Below, in pieces: positions 1-7,788 of a stretch of 53,966 bases of DNA (position 1 is its first letter; the number at the start of each line of letters is the position of its first letter). A program made the translations under genes and the position numbers. The notes beneath the pieces were generated by a model. It made no database searches, was not told the DNA's origin, and saw nothing but the letters and a program-made list of their open reading frames with translations. This stretch comes from Phycisphaerae bacterium (GTDB taxonomy: Bacteria > Planctomycetota > Phycisphaerae > WQYP01). The DNA lies in NCBI GenBank assembly GCA_037139555.1, contig JBAXGE010000001.1, forward strand, positions 1 through 53,966, read 5' to 3'.

Positions 1-257
1 TTGGCCGCGGCGGCCAGATAATCACCGGCCATAACCAAATCAATAAAATCTTTGATCTTGACGCCAACGGGACAACCTTCCACACATTTGGGATTGGCGC
101 ACTCCAGACAACGGCTGGCTTCCGTCTTGGCGAGATGCTCATTTAATCCCAAGTTCACTTCGGTAAAATTGGCCCGGCGCAACTCCGCAGGTTGCTCCAG
201 CATGTGTTGCCGGGTGACTTTGAGGCGATCTTTGGGAGGCAGTGAATTATGGCTCAT
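1..257 (-). CDS. NADPH-dependent glutamate synthase small-subunit-like / NfnB-like oxidoreductase; N-terminal part only, the gene runs off the left edge
   Basis: ATG at complement 257. Translation is MSHNSLPPKDRLKVTRQHMLEQPAELRRANFTEVNLGLNEHLAKTEASRCLECANPKCVEGCPVGVKIKDFIDLV... The C-x2-C-x4-C-x3-CP Fe-S motif is typical of GltD/NfnB N-termini. It lies 29 nt downstream of the NfnA/SudB-like gene on the same strand. It is absent from the ORF track because it is truncated by the window edge. Confidence 0.7.
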   Translation of the reverse strand, partial: MSHNSLPPKDRLKVTRQHMLEQPAELRRANFTEVNLGLNEHLAKTEASRCLECANPKCVEGCPVGVKIKDFIDLVMAGDYLAAAA

Positions 258-286
258 GGGTTATTTCCCTGTATATATGAGGCAAA

Positions 287-1174
287 TTAATCGTGGTCGG
301 GAACGGAGTCGAGTAACTTACACTGATGCTTGGCCTTTTCCACATCATCAGCGGGATTGGCGATAAAGGCTTGGAGGGCAATCTTTTCGGCGTCACGATA
401 CATCGTGTTGCGCTGGGCAAGGACTTTGAAATCAACCTTGTGGGCGTCAAATTCCGGGCCATCCACACAGGCAAACTGCGCTTTGCCATCCACCACCACA
501 CGACAGCCTCCGCACATGCCGGTACCATCCACCATCACCGCGTTCAAACTTACCGTGGTGGGAATCGCCAAGGGGCGGGTGGTTTCCGCCACGGCCCGCA
601 TCATTGGGATCGGGCCGATGGCCAGCACATGGGCCACCTTTTCTGCGGCAATCACTTTGGCCAGACGATCAGTAACCAGGCCTTTTTCGCCATAACTGCC
701 ATCATCGGTGGTAATGTACAATTCGTCGCTGATGGCTTTGACTTCAGATTCCAAAATAATCAGCTCACGGTTGCGGGCACCGAGTATTGAAATCACACGG
801 TTGCCGGCATCCTTCAGGGCTTTCGCCGTTGGATATGCAATGGCAGTACCCACCCCACCACCAATGACCACCACCGTGCCATAATTATGGATTTCAGACG
901 CTTTACCCAACGGCCCCACCACGTCCCGAATCACATCACCAACTTCCAAGTGATTCAAGAGCTTGGTAGATTTGCCAATCCCCTGGGCGATGATCGTGAT
1001 GGTGCCCTTGGTGGGATCGGCCCCGGCAATGGTCAACGGGATACGTTCGCCGTGATCGTGGACCCGCAAAATAATAAACTGGCCAGCCTTTTGTTTACGG
1101 GCAATGCGGGGCGCGGCGATTTCAAATAATTTGACATCCGGACTAAGAAAACGGGCCTGCACAATTCGAAACAT
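287..1174 (-). CDS. PyrK-family FAD/NAD(P)-binding Fe-S oxidoreductase (NfnA / sulfide dehydrogenase SudB-like subunit)
   Basis: 295 aa. It has a ferredoxin-reductase-type layout: ERIPLTIAG (FAD-binding R-x-x-T type), VVVIGGGVGTAIAYP (NAD(P) Rossmann), and C-terminal GMCGGCRV...FACVDGPEF (2Fe-2S cysteines as in PyrK/SudB). It is paired with a GltD-like gene downstream. Confidence 0.8.
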   Translation of the reverse strand: MFRIVQARFLSPDVKLFEIAAPRIARKQKAGQFIILRVHDHGERIPLTIAGADPTKGTITIIAQGIGKSTKLLNHLEVGDVIRDVVGPLGKASEIHNYGTVVVIGGGVGTAIAYPTAKALKDAGNRVISILGARNRELIILESEVKAISDELYITTDDGSYGEKGLVTDRLAKVIAAEKVAHVLAIGPIPMMRAVAETTRPLAIPTTVSLNAVMVDGTGMCGGCRVVVDGKAQFACVDGPEFDAHKVDFKVLAQRNTMYRDAEKIALQAFIANPADDVEKAKHQCKLLDSVPDHD

Positions 1175-1338
1175 AAACGTTCACTCCTGCTTCGTTTAGT
1201 CGCACTTATATGGGCATGAATCTGCCCATACAGAGAGTCGCAGTCAATATAAATCCATTTTGTCCGCTTTTACTGGCCAACGCAACCATGAGCATAATAA
1301 TTCTGCTCCAAGCATGTAAAGTCTTGTTTCTACAACGC

Positions 1339-2865
1339 TTAGGTTGGATTGGTCGGAGCCTGACCGGGTGGTATCGAAACCGTTTCCGGGGCTGGGACGG
1401 GTGTGGGGATATTGTCAGGACTCGGGGTTACGCCTACGGTTCCCAAGGCAATACGACCGGGGTCCTGCTTGCTTAACTCATCAATCTTCGGCAACAATTT
1501 TGACAATTCCGCAGCGGTCGTACTGGTGGGGAATTTATTGATAACCCGATGGGCCACGCCCAATGCTTCGTCATAGCGTTTGGATCGGACCATTTCTTTG
1601 AAGAGTTCCTCCTCTTCCCGTCGTTCCTGCGCCTCGGCATTCTGCCGGAGGGTGCTTAACTGCTCATTACGCAACTGCTCCACCCGCGGTTCGCTGGTGT
1701 AACGCTGACAGATTTCTTCGCCGATTTGCAGTGCCCGCCGCCAGTCGCGACGTTCGGAGCATTCTTTCATATCGGTGAACATACGGCTCATAATATCATG
1801 TTCAAACCGCGTGCGTTCCCGCCGAACTTCTTCGGCCATTGCCTTGATATTGGGATCATCGGGATAACGATTGAGCAAGCCGATCATGATTTCTTCCGCC
1901 TGAGGCCAGGCGTTGGCGGCAAGGAGTTGGCGTAATTGGATTTTGGCCGATTCGGCATCCTGACGGGCCCGTTGGGCGCGAACCATACCGACACGTCCGG
2001 TCAAATCAGTGACCATTGTGTCGTGGGCACCAAACTCGATTCGCAGTTTTTCTAGAATCGCCTCGACCGCCTGCCAGTCATTGACTTCGATGAGATGACC
2101 GATCTGGTGCTTCAGATCGTGACGTTTCTTCTCGGCCATGCGGGCCAGCAAATCATGTTTCTGGCTATCGGTCATAAGCAAGGCTTCGTGCAGTTGCTTC
2201 AAGGCGGTCAGTACGGCGGTGTTGTCTGCTTCTTCGTGTTTATGCTGACGCGAGTGAACTTGAACCGGTTCCCGTAGCGCTGGCGGTGGTTGATGTGCGG
2301 GCGTTTTGGTGTGCTTCAGAGTATCGGACAAGTTGTGGATCGTTTCGTTGAGGGCCTCAATCTTGCTGCTTAACAATTCAGACTGATGAATCCGAAACCC
2401 TTGTGAGTTAAGGATTTTAGCCAATGCCAACAATATAAACCCGACCGCCGCGCAGAGCACGAGTATCAGCCCGGCCTGCCATAGATTGGGGCTGGCAAAG
2501 GTCGCCTCAACCACCTCGCCGGGCTTGGCAAACTGTCCCAGCAGGAAAGGCAACGGCATGATGGCCAAAGGTGGCAAACCGGGCCGGACCGGACGCGTGG
2601 CTGGGGTGGGGATTACTTTAACTGGGGTCGAACCAGTACTCACGGTGGGCGTGGTGTTACCCGGAACAACTTTAATCACGGTAGCATTGGACGTTTCGGA
2701 TGGGTTGGTCGCGGTTTCATCTGGCTCCATGTGTTTCGCCGGATGGGTGGCAGAATAGACACTGAAAAAGTAACCAGCCCCCACAATAATAGTGGCCACA
2801 GCGGAGCCAAAAAGGCCCACTCGAATCATGTCGTTGGTTATCCCATTCCAGCGGCGCTGCGACAT
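1339..2865 (-). CDS. Hypothetical membrane protein: two TM segments, a Pro/Thr-rich spacer, and four C-terminal TPR-like helical half-repeats
   Basis: 508 aa, ATG start. TM segments are VGLFGSAVATIIVGAGYFF and LILVLCAAVGFILLALA. The C-terminal repeats have the form (D/A)W-x2-A-x9-11-(Y/F)P: NDWQAVEAILEKL, NAWPQAEEIMIGLLNRYPDDP, RDWRRALQIGEEICQRYTSEP, KRYDEALGVAHRVINKFP. The same module recurs in the 38279-39307 ORF. Confidence 0.6.
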   Translation of the reverse strand: MSQRRWNGITNDMIRVGLFGSAVATIIVGAGYFFSVYSATHPAKHMEPDETATNPSETSNATVIKVVPGNTTPTVSTGSTPVKVIPTPATRPVRPGLPPLAIMPLPFLLGQFAKPGEVVEATFASPNLWQAGLILVLCAAVGFILLALAKILNSQGFRIHQSELLSSKIEALNETIHNLSDTLKHTKTPAHQPPPALREPVQVHSRQHKHEEADNTAVLTALKQLHEALLMTDSQKHDLLARMAEKKRHDLKHQIGHLIEVNDWQAVEAILEKLRIEFGAHDTMVTDLTGRVGMVRAQRARQDAESAKIQLRQLLAANAWPQAEEIMIGLLNRYPDDPNIKAMAEEVRRERTRFEHDIMSRMFTDMKECSERRDWRRALQIGEEICQRYTSEPRVEQLRNEQLSTLRQNAEAQERREEEELFKEMVRSKRYDEALGVAHRVINKFPTSTTAAELSKLLPKIDELSKQDPGRIALGTVGVTPSPDNIPTPVPAPETVSIPPGQAPTNPT

Positions 2866-2910
2866 ATATCACCCTAAAATGACCATCAATCACGGAATTG
2901 CACTTTGCCC

Positions 2911-2938
2911 AATATAGCAAGCTATCGAATCATGGCAA
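2911..2938 (-). promoter_or_regulatory. Putative sigma70-type promoter for the 1339-2865 gene
   Basis: Minus strand reads TTGCCA (2938-2933), a 16-nt spacer, then TATATT (2916-2911), about 45 nt upstream of the ATG at 2865. Confidence 0.3.
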
Positions 2939-2986
2939 GACGGAACGCGGTTTTTCTGGCAATTCGGCGAGAATCCGGCATTTTTC

Positions 2987-4147
2987 TCAGTTATGCAACT
3001 CCTGCAGGGCACGGATCAGGGCATCCAGATGGACCGCAGTATTAAAGGCTCCAGGGCTGATACGAATGGCTCCATCCGGGAAGGTCCCCAAGGTTTTATG
3101 GGCATAAGGGGCACAATGCAGTCCGGGACGGACTGCAATGGTAAAGTTCTCATCCAGAATACTGCCCACTTCATGGGGTGTGTAGCCGGCGAGATTGAAG
3201 CAAAGCGTACCCACCCGCTGCCGCGCACTGGGGGGACCGTATAGCGTGCAATTGGCCAGCGTGCCCAATACCTCAATAATTTTTTGCACCTGAGCCTGTT
3301 CATGCGCCAATACGGCACCGGCCGGTTGGGACGTTACATAATCCAGCGCCGCCCCCAGACCTGCAATCCCTACCGTATTGGGCGTGCCACCTTCGAGGAA
3401 ATATGGGAACTGCCGGGGCATGGTGGGGCTGGAGGAATCGCCGCCGGTACCACCCTCACGGAACGGTTTTAAGGCTTCAAGTGGAACCGTGGTATTCACA
3501 TACAGCCCACCGGTGCCAGTGGGCCCCAGCAGACTCTTGTGGCCGGGGAAAGCCAGGAAATCAATGTAACTATCCGCCACAGAAATGGGCACTGCACCAA
3601 TGGTTTGTGCGGCATCCACCAGAAAGCGCACGGTATGCGCCCGGGCAATCGCACCGACGGCGGTAATGGGCTGGATCACGCCTACCACATTGCTGGCATG
3701 AGTCAGCGCAATCAAACGGGTCTGAGGGGTAATGGCCCGTTTAATATCATCGGGATCAATCACGCCGGTGGCGGGGGAAAAATCAATCCGGGTCAGGGTG
3801 ATAAAACCCGCATCGGCCAACGCCTGCAGGGGCCGGCTGACCGAGTTATGCTCCAATGTGCTGGTAATCACATGATCACCCGCCCGCAACAGCCCTTTGA
3901 AGGCGATGTTCAGGGCGTCAGTACCATTCAAACACAAGATCATCCGATGCAGGTCGGTACCACCGATAAATTGCGTAAATTTCTGCCGGACATTATCCAG
4001 CATCTTTTCCGCACCGATGGCCATGCGATGACCGGCCCGGCCGGGATTGGCGGCTTCATGGGCGAGAAACTCGGCCATACGCTGGGCCACGGCGGGAGGT
4101 TTGGGCCAACTGGTTGCGGCGTTATCGTAGTAGATGATCTCGTGCAC
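2987..4147 (-). CDS. Class-V aminotransferase / cysteine desulfurase-like protein (NifS/CsdA/SufS family)
   Basis: N-terminus IIYYDNAATSWPKP, PLP-lysine context FPGHKSLLGPTGTGGLYV, C-terminal RPGLHCAPYAH. The track start at 4192 is TTG and would overlap the DinB gene. GTG at 4147 is preceded by AAGGAA and lies 11 nt after the DinB stop, so I prefer it. Confidence 0.8.
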   Translation of the reverse strand: MHEIIYYDNAATSWPKPPAVAQRMAEFLAHEAANPGRAGHRMAIGAEKMLDNVRQKFTQFIGGTDLHRMILCLNGTDALNIAFKGLLRAGDHVITSTLEHNSVSRPLQALADAGFITLTRIDFSPATGVIDPDDIKRAITPQTRLIALTHASNVVGVIQPITAVGAIARAHTVRFLVDAAQTIGAVPISVADSYIDFLAFPGHKSLLGPTGTGGLYVNTTVPLEALKPFREGGTGGDSSSPTMPRQFPYFLEGGTPNTVGIAGLGAALDYVTSQPAGAVLAHEQAQVQKIIEVLGTLANCTLYGPPSARQRVGTLCFNLAGYTPHEVGSILDENFTIAVRPGLHCAPYAHKTLGTFPDGAIRISPGAFNTAVHLDALIRALQELHN

Positions 4148-4158
4148 AGGCGGATTCC

Positions 4159-4644
4159 TTATACCGGGGGTAGACCTTGGACCCGGCGCCAAGCCGAGAG
4201 CTGGCCTGCGTGATAGGCTTCGTGCCAGGTTCCATATAGCAGAATGGCATGCAACACCGTGGGGGTGCGCTGGCGCCGATTCGGATCGGGGTGCGGTGCG
4301 TTATATTGCTCGGGGGTAAGTGTCTTCAACCGGGCATAAATCTGCTGGCGAACCTCGTGCATCCGCTCCAGATACCACTGCTTGTTTTGATACAAGGCGG
4401 CATCCGCCAGCGGAGTCGAATTGCCCCCATACAGCTTCTTGAACTCGTCAGTTACGGCCGTCTCCGGGCCACCAATCAACTTCAAGAAGTTGTAATCCAC
4501 AAACAATTGATGACCCAATACCCATGCCGGGTGATTAGTCTTGGGCGCCGGCTGTAAAGTCAACTGGGCATCGCTTAAGTCCGCAACCAATTTCAGCAGC
4601 GACTGGCGGGTCAGTTCGATGGTGGCAATAATGGCATCCAACAT
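4159..4644 (-). CDS. DinB-fold (DinB_2/YfiT-like) putative metal-dependent protein
   Basis: 161 aa, ATG with AGGAG 8 nt upstream. It has the characteristic His triad context: NHPAWVLGHQL near the N-terminus and TWHEAYHAGQL near the C-terminus. Confidence 0.75.
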   Translation of the reverse strand: MLDAIIATIELTRQSLLKLVADLSDAQLTLQPAPKTNHPAWVLGHQLFVDYNFLKLIGGPETAVTDEFKKLYGGNSTPLADAALYQNKQWYLERMHEVRQQIYARLKTLTPEQYNAPHPDPNRRQRTPTVLHAILLYGTWHEAYHAGQLSAWRRVQGLPPV

Positions 4645-4668
4645 GCGTCTACTCCTACGTTAAAGGGA

Positions 4669-5763
4669 TCAAGCTCCAACATATTTGGCATACAACGAAC
4701 GGGCCACCGAGGTCTCATGCGTGCCTTTGATAATCGCACGGCCATCGGCAAAGAGCGTGAGTTCGTATTGTTTGGCTTGCGCCGCGGCGCCTTCGTTGAT
4801 GGTACACTTCAGCATGAACTTGTTATAGGTCGGCTGGCCGACGGCACGCAGACCATTTGCCACGTGTTCAAAATCCACCTTGAATCCCGCTGGCGGCGCC
4901 ACCTGAACGGCATTGCGACCACAAAGCGAGGTCGTGGACGAGGCGAACTGGCCGGAGAGAAATTCATAACGATGGTGTTTGCAACAAGGACAATCAGCGA
5001 TATCGCGGGCCTTGCTGACGTTGAGCTGCTGGAAACGGTTGTCCCAAAGATCAAACGAGAACAGCCGGGTACTGACTTCGGCCAGATTACCGGTCAGCAA
5101 TTTGATGGCCTCCATAGCCTGCCAACTGGCCACGATATTTACCGTGGGGCCCAACACGCCAGCGGTATCACAGGTCGGGTTCATGCCCGGCGGAGGCATG
5201 GTTTCAAAAATGCAGCGCAGGCAAGGCGTCTGGCCGGGACGGATCACCATCGCCAAGCCCATCGCGCTGATGCACGCGCCATAAACCCAGGGTATCCCCA
5301 GTTTGATGGAGACATCATTGATCAGAAACCGCGTCTCGAAATTGTCGGTGCCGTCCAGCAGCAGATCTTTGCCCGCCGCGAATTGCTCAATGTTGTGGTG
5401 GTTGATATCCGCCACGATGGCTTCGGTGCGAATCGCGGAATTAATCCGGGAGATTTTCTTATGCGCAGCCACCGACTTGGGATACCCTGCGGCGATGTCG
5501 TCTTCGTCAAACAGGACTTGGCGTTGCAGATTGTTGGTTTCGATGAAATCGCGGTCCACAATGGTGATATCGCCCACCCCGGCGCGGGCCAGCGTATTGG
5601 CCAACACGGTACCGAGTGCACCGCAACCAACCATAAGGACTTTGCTGGCCGCGAGTTTTTTCTGCCCTTCAATCCCGATGGGCGCCCACAACATTTGTCG
5701 GTTATACCGGGCCAAAGCGGGGTCGGCTTGTTCGAGTAATTGTGCCTGATCGGAAATTGCCAT
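4669..5763 (-). CDS. ThiF/MoeB/HesA-family E1-like adenylyltransferase, with no rhodanese domain
   Basis: 364 aa. Nucleotide-binding loop VLMVGCGALGTVLANTLARAGVG..IVDRDFIETNNLQRQVLF. Two CxxC pairs (CLRC, CPCC) typical of the ThiF/MoeB zinc site. The C-terminal tail reads ...LTLFADGRAIIKGT...ARSLYAKYVGA. Confidence 0.85.
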   Translation of the reverse strand: MAISDQAQLLEQADPALARYNRQMLWAPIGIEGQKKLAASKVLMVGCGALGTVLANTLARAGVGDITIVDRDFIETNNLQRQVLFDEDDIAAGYPKSVAAHKKISRINSAIRTEAIVADINHHNIEQFAAGKDLLLDGTDNFETRFLINDVSIKLGIPWVYGACISAMGLAMVIRPGQTPCLRCIFETMPPPGMNPTCDTAGVLGPTVNIVASWQAMEAIKLLTGNLAEVSTRLFSFDLWDNRFQQLNVSKARDIADCPCCKHHRYEFLSGQFASSTTSLCGRNAVQVAPPAGFKVDFEHVANGLRAVGQPTYNKFMLKCTINEGAAAQAKQYELTLFADGRAIIKGTHETSVARSLYAKYVGA

Positions 5764-5839
5764 ACTTGTTCCTAGTAATATGTATACGGGACGAACGTCT
5801 GCGCTTACATCCTTGGTTGGTCACTGACCCGACAGAAAA

Positions 5840-6094
5840 TCAGCCTTCGATGGCATTTTTCTCGATGGGTTCCACGGTCACACCACTGCGTGATAAAAAG
5901 GTCAAGGCCCCATCGATCTGGGCGGTTTCACCTTCAAAGAGTACGGCCATAATCCCAATTTCATTGGTCACACTGGCCTGCCGGATATCAAAACTGACAT
6001 CGGGAAATTCGCGGCTGGTGCGCCACAGGATGGGTGCCTCAACCAAGGTACTGGACCCGAAGGTCAACCAGACTCGTTTCTTCGCATGCGCCAT
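5840..6094 (-). CDS. Stand-alone NIL-domain protein
   Basis: 84 aa. The pattern RVWLTFGSSTLVEAPILWRTSREFPDVSFDIRQASV..EIGIMAVLFEGETAQIDGALTFLSRSGVTVEPIE matches the NIL domain known from the C-terminus of MetN and from NIL-ferredoxin proteins. The ATG lies 3 nt after the carrier-protein stop, and the AGGAGG Shine-Dalgarno sits inside the carrier's terminal Gly-Gly codons. Confidence 0.7.
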   Translation of the reverse strand: MAHAKKRVWLTFGSSTLVEAPILWRTSREFPDVSFDIRQASVTNEIGIMAVLFEGETAQIDGALTFLSRSGVTVEPIEKNAIEG

Positions 6095-6097
6095 GAC

Positions 6098-6373
6098 TCA
6101 ACCTCCTGCAATTGCGGGGACAATGCTGACTTCATCGCCATCTTTGACCGGGGTGGCGAGATTGTCGAGGAAGCGGATGTCCTCATCATTGACATAAATA
6201 TTTACAAAACGGTTCAACTCGCCGGGTTGCTTGAATAAACGCTTATCCAAGCCAGCAAACTTGGCCGTAATCTGAGCTAATACTTCGGCCACATTAGCAC
6301 CCGTGGTTTCCACCAGATCTACCCCCTCGGTAATATTCCGTAAGGGGGTGGGGATACGTACTTTAATCGCCAT
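6098..6373 (-). CDS. CysO/ThiS/MoaD-type sulfur-carrier protein (beta-grasp, C-terminal Gly-Gly)
   Basis: 91 aa from the ATG at 6373, which has GAAGGAG upstream. An alternative ATG at 6424 gives 108 aa. The sequence MAIKVRIPTPLR...LNRFVNIYVNDEDIRFLDNLATPVKDGDEVSIVPAIAGG closely follows the mycobacterial CysO pattern (...RFVNIYVNDEDVRF...ILPAVAGG). Confidence 0.85.
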   Translation of the reverse strand: MAIKVRIPTPLRNITEGVDLVETTGANVAEVLAQITAKFAGLDKRLFKQPGELNRFVNIYVNDEDIRFLDNLATPVKDGDEVSIVPAIAGG

Positions 6374-6427
6374 AAGAACTCCTTCGTTTTGGGCTATTGT
6401 AGCCAAAGACTGATTAAACTGCATGAC

Positions 6428-7684
6428 TTAAACAGGTGCCGCAACCGATGCGGCCGTCATATTTTGCATGACCTGATCAAAGGCCTCCAGACGCGGTTGA
6501 ATTACAGCCGGCGTTTCCAGATGATTCTGCACCACTTCAACCGTCTTAAGGCCATTACCCGTGATACATACGCAAATACTTTCGTCCCGGGGTATACGGC
6601 ACGATTCGATCAGTTTGATGGTGGCCGCCAGAGTGGTCCCCCCTGCCGGTTCCGTCCAAATACCCTCAGTTTTAGCCAACAGTTTAATGGCTTCCACAAT
6701 TTCGTCGTCGCTAACACTGGCCCCCCACCCACCGCATTGACGCAAGGTTTGAAGCACATAATAACCATCGGCGGGATTCCCGATGGCGATACTCTTGGCG
6801 ATAGTACGGGGTTTCTGGGGCCGGATCAGGTCACGACCGGCCTCCAGGGCTTCGATCACCGGATTGCACCCGGCAGCCTGCGCGGAATAAATCCTGGGTT
6901 GGTTATCGGCCACCAGACCCAGACCGATAAATTCCTGATATGCCTTGTAAATCTTGGGCAAAATCGTTCCTCCTGCCGTGGGGCATACCGTATGCTGCGG
7001 CAGACGCCAGCCCAACTGTTCGGCGATTTCAAAGCCGTAGGTTTTAGCACCTTCCGTGTAATAGGGCCGCAGGTTGACGTTGACAATCGCCCAACGGTAC
7101 TTGTCCGCAATTTCCGAACACAAACGATTGACATCATCGTAGTTACCGTTGATCCGCACCATCGTGGGATGGAAGATCAACGAGCCCAGAACCTTGCCCA
7201 GTTCCAGATCATGAGGGATCATGACAAACGCCTTCAGTCCCGCCACGGCAGCGTGGGCCGCCACGGAATTGGCCAAATTGCCAGTGCTGGCACACCCGAC
7301 GGTATCGTAGCCCAGTTCTATCGCCTTGGTAATCGCCACCGAAACGACACGTTCTTTGTAGCTCCAGGTGGGATAATTGGCAGAATCGTCCTTGATGTAG
7401 AGTTCTTTAACCCCAAGGACACGTTCCAAATTATGCGCCCGGCGCAACGGGGTCATACCCGAATTAAGCCCGGCCTTGGGTTCCCCATCACACGGCAGCA
7501 AATCACGATAACGCCAGAGACTGTGCGGGCCGGCCTGAATGGAGGCTTTGGTCACCTTCCCCTGCATGGCGGCATAGTCATATTCGACTTCGAGCGGGCC
7601 GAAGCATAATTCGCATACATGTACGCCGCGGTGGCTATATTTAGCCCCGCACTCTTTACACTTCAAACCGTTGACGTAGCTCAT
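6428..7684 (-). CDS. Threonine-synthase-like PLP enzyme with an N-terminal zinc ribbon (candidate MetM-like O-phosphohomoserine-dependent homocysteine synthase)
   Basis: 418 aa from the ATG at 7684, with GGAGG upstream. The track ORF extends to 7792 but would run through the riboswitch terminator. It has an N-terminal CKECGAKY...CELCFGPLEV zinc ribbon and a fold-type II PLP core (WSYKERVVSVAITKA..., GNLANSVAAHAA, ...TAGGTILPKIY). Confidence 0.85.
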   Translation of the reverse strand: MSYVNGLKCKECGAKYSHRGVHVCELCFGPLEVEYDYAAMQGKVTKASIQAGPHSLWRYRDLLPCDGEPKAGLNSGMTPLRRAHNLERVLGVKELYIKDDSANYPTWSYKERVVSVAITKAIELGYDTVGCASTGNLANSVAAHAAVAGLKAFVMIPHDLELGKVLGSLIFHPTMVRINGNYDDVNRLCSEIADKYRWAIVNVNLRPYYTEGAKTYGFEIAEQLGWRLPQHTVCPTAGGTILPKIYKAYQEFIGLGLVADNQPRIYSAQAAGCNPVIEALEAGRDLIRPQKPRTIAKSIAIGNPADGYYVLQTLRQCGGWGASVSDDEIVEAIKLLAKTEGIWTEPAGGTTLAATIKLIESCRIPRDESICVCITGNGLKTVEVVQNHLETPAVIQPRLEAFDQVMQNMTAASVAAPV

Positions 7685-7697
7685 CGTGGCCTCCGGC

Positions 7698-7748
7698 AAA
7701 AACAAAAAAAGCCGCCTATCGGGTTCTTTCCAGAACGATAAGAGGCTG
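7698..7748 (-). terminator. Intrinsic terminator (expression platform) of the SAM-I riboswitch
   Basis: Minus strand reads GCCTCTTATCGTTC-TGGAAA-GAACCCGATAGGCGGC followed by TTTTTTTGTTTTT. The 5' arm contains CTTATC, identical to the 5' strand of aptamer helix P1. The P1 3' strand GATAAG can therefore pair with either, which is classic antiterminator/terminator competition. Confidence 0.75.
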
Positions 7749-7788
7749 CCGCCAAGGCTACGTTTACCCTGTATACGAGGGCAAAATA

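Noticed and set aside
1209-1230. A perfect 8-bp inverted repeat, TATGGGCA-TGAATC-TGCCCATA, 35-55 nt upstream of the NfnA-like start.
   Set aside because: It could be an operator. However, an 8-bp arm with a short spacer is expected by chance several times in 54 kb. It has no T tract, and I found no second copy in the window.
4148-4192. A 34-nt overlap between the DinB-fold gene and the desulfurase gene, implied by the track start (TTG 4192).
   Set aside because: The track takes the most upstream alternative start. GTG 4147 has an AAGGAA ribosome-binding site and gives the family-typical N-terminus (V/M)HEIIYYDNAATS. It also removes the overlap.
6389-7609. Long antisense ORFs from the track. 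The 406-aa plus-strand ORF here is one example. Others are 4717-5739 (+), 13403-14272 (+), 24723-25655 (+), 34306-35214 (+), 36273-37013 (+) and 48647-49372 (+).
   Set aside because: Each lies exactly opposite a gene with strong family motifs. Their translations are Gly/Arg/His/Pro-rich with no recognisable motifs, no ribosome-binding sites and no signal peptides. This is the usual shadow-ORF behaviour of GC-rich coding DNA.
6428-7684. Reading the ThrC-like gene as an ordinary threonine synthase and the cluster as unrelated neighbours.
   Set aside because: The SAM-I riboswitch, the 3-nt to 76-nt gene spacing, and the presence of carrier, E1 and desulfurase in one transcription unit all argue against it. 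I cannot exclude this reading without phylogeny and a genome-wide check for another thrC. It is listed as the refuting outcome in the main finding.
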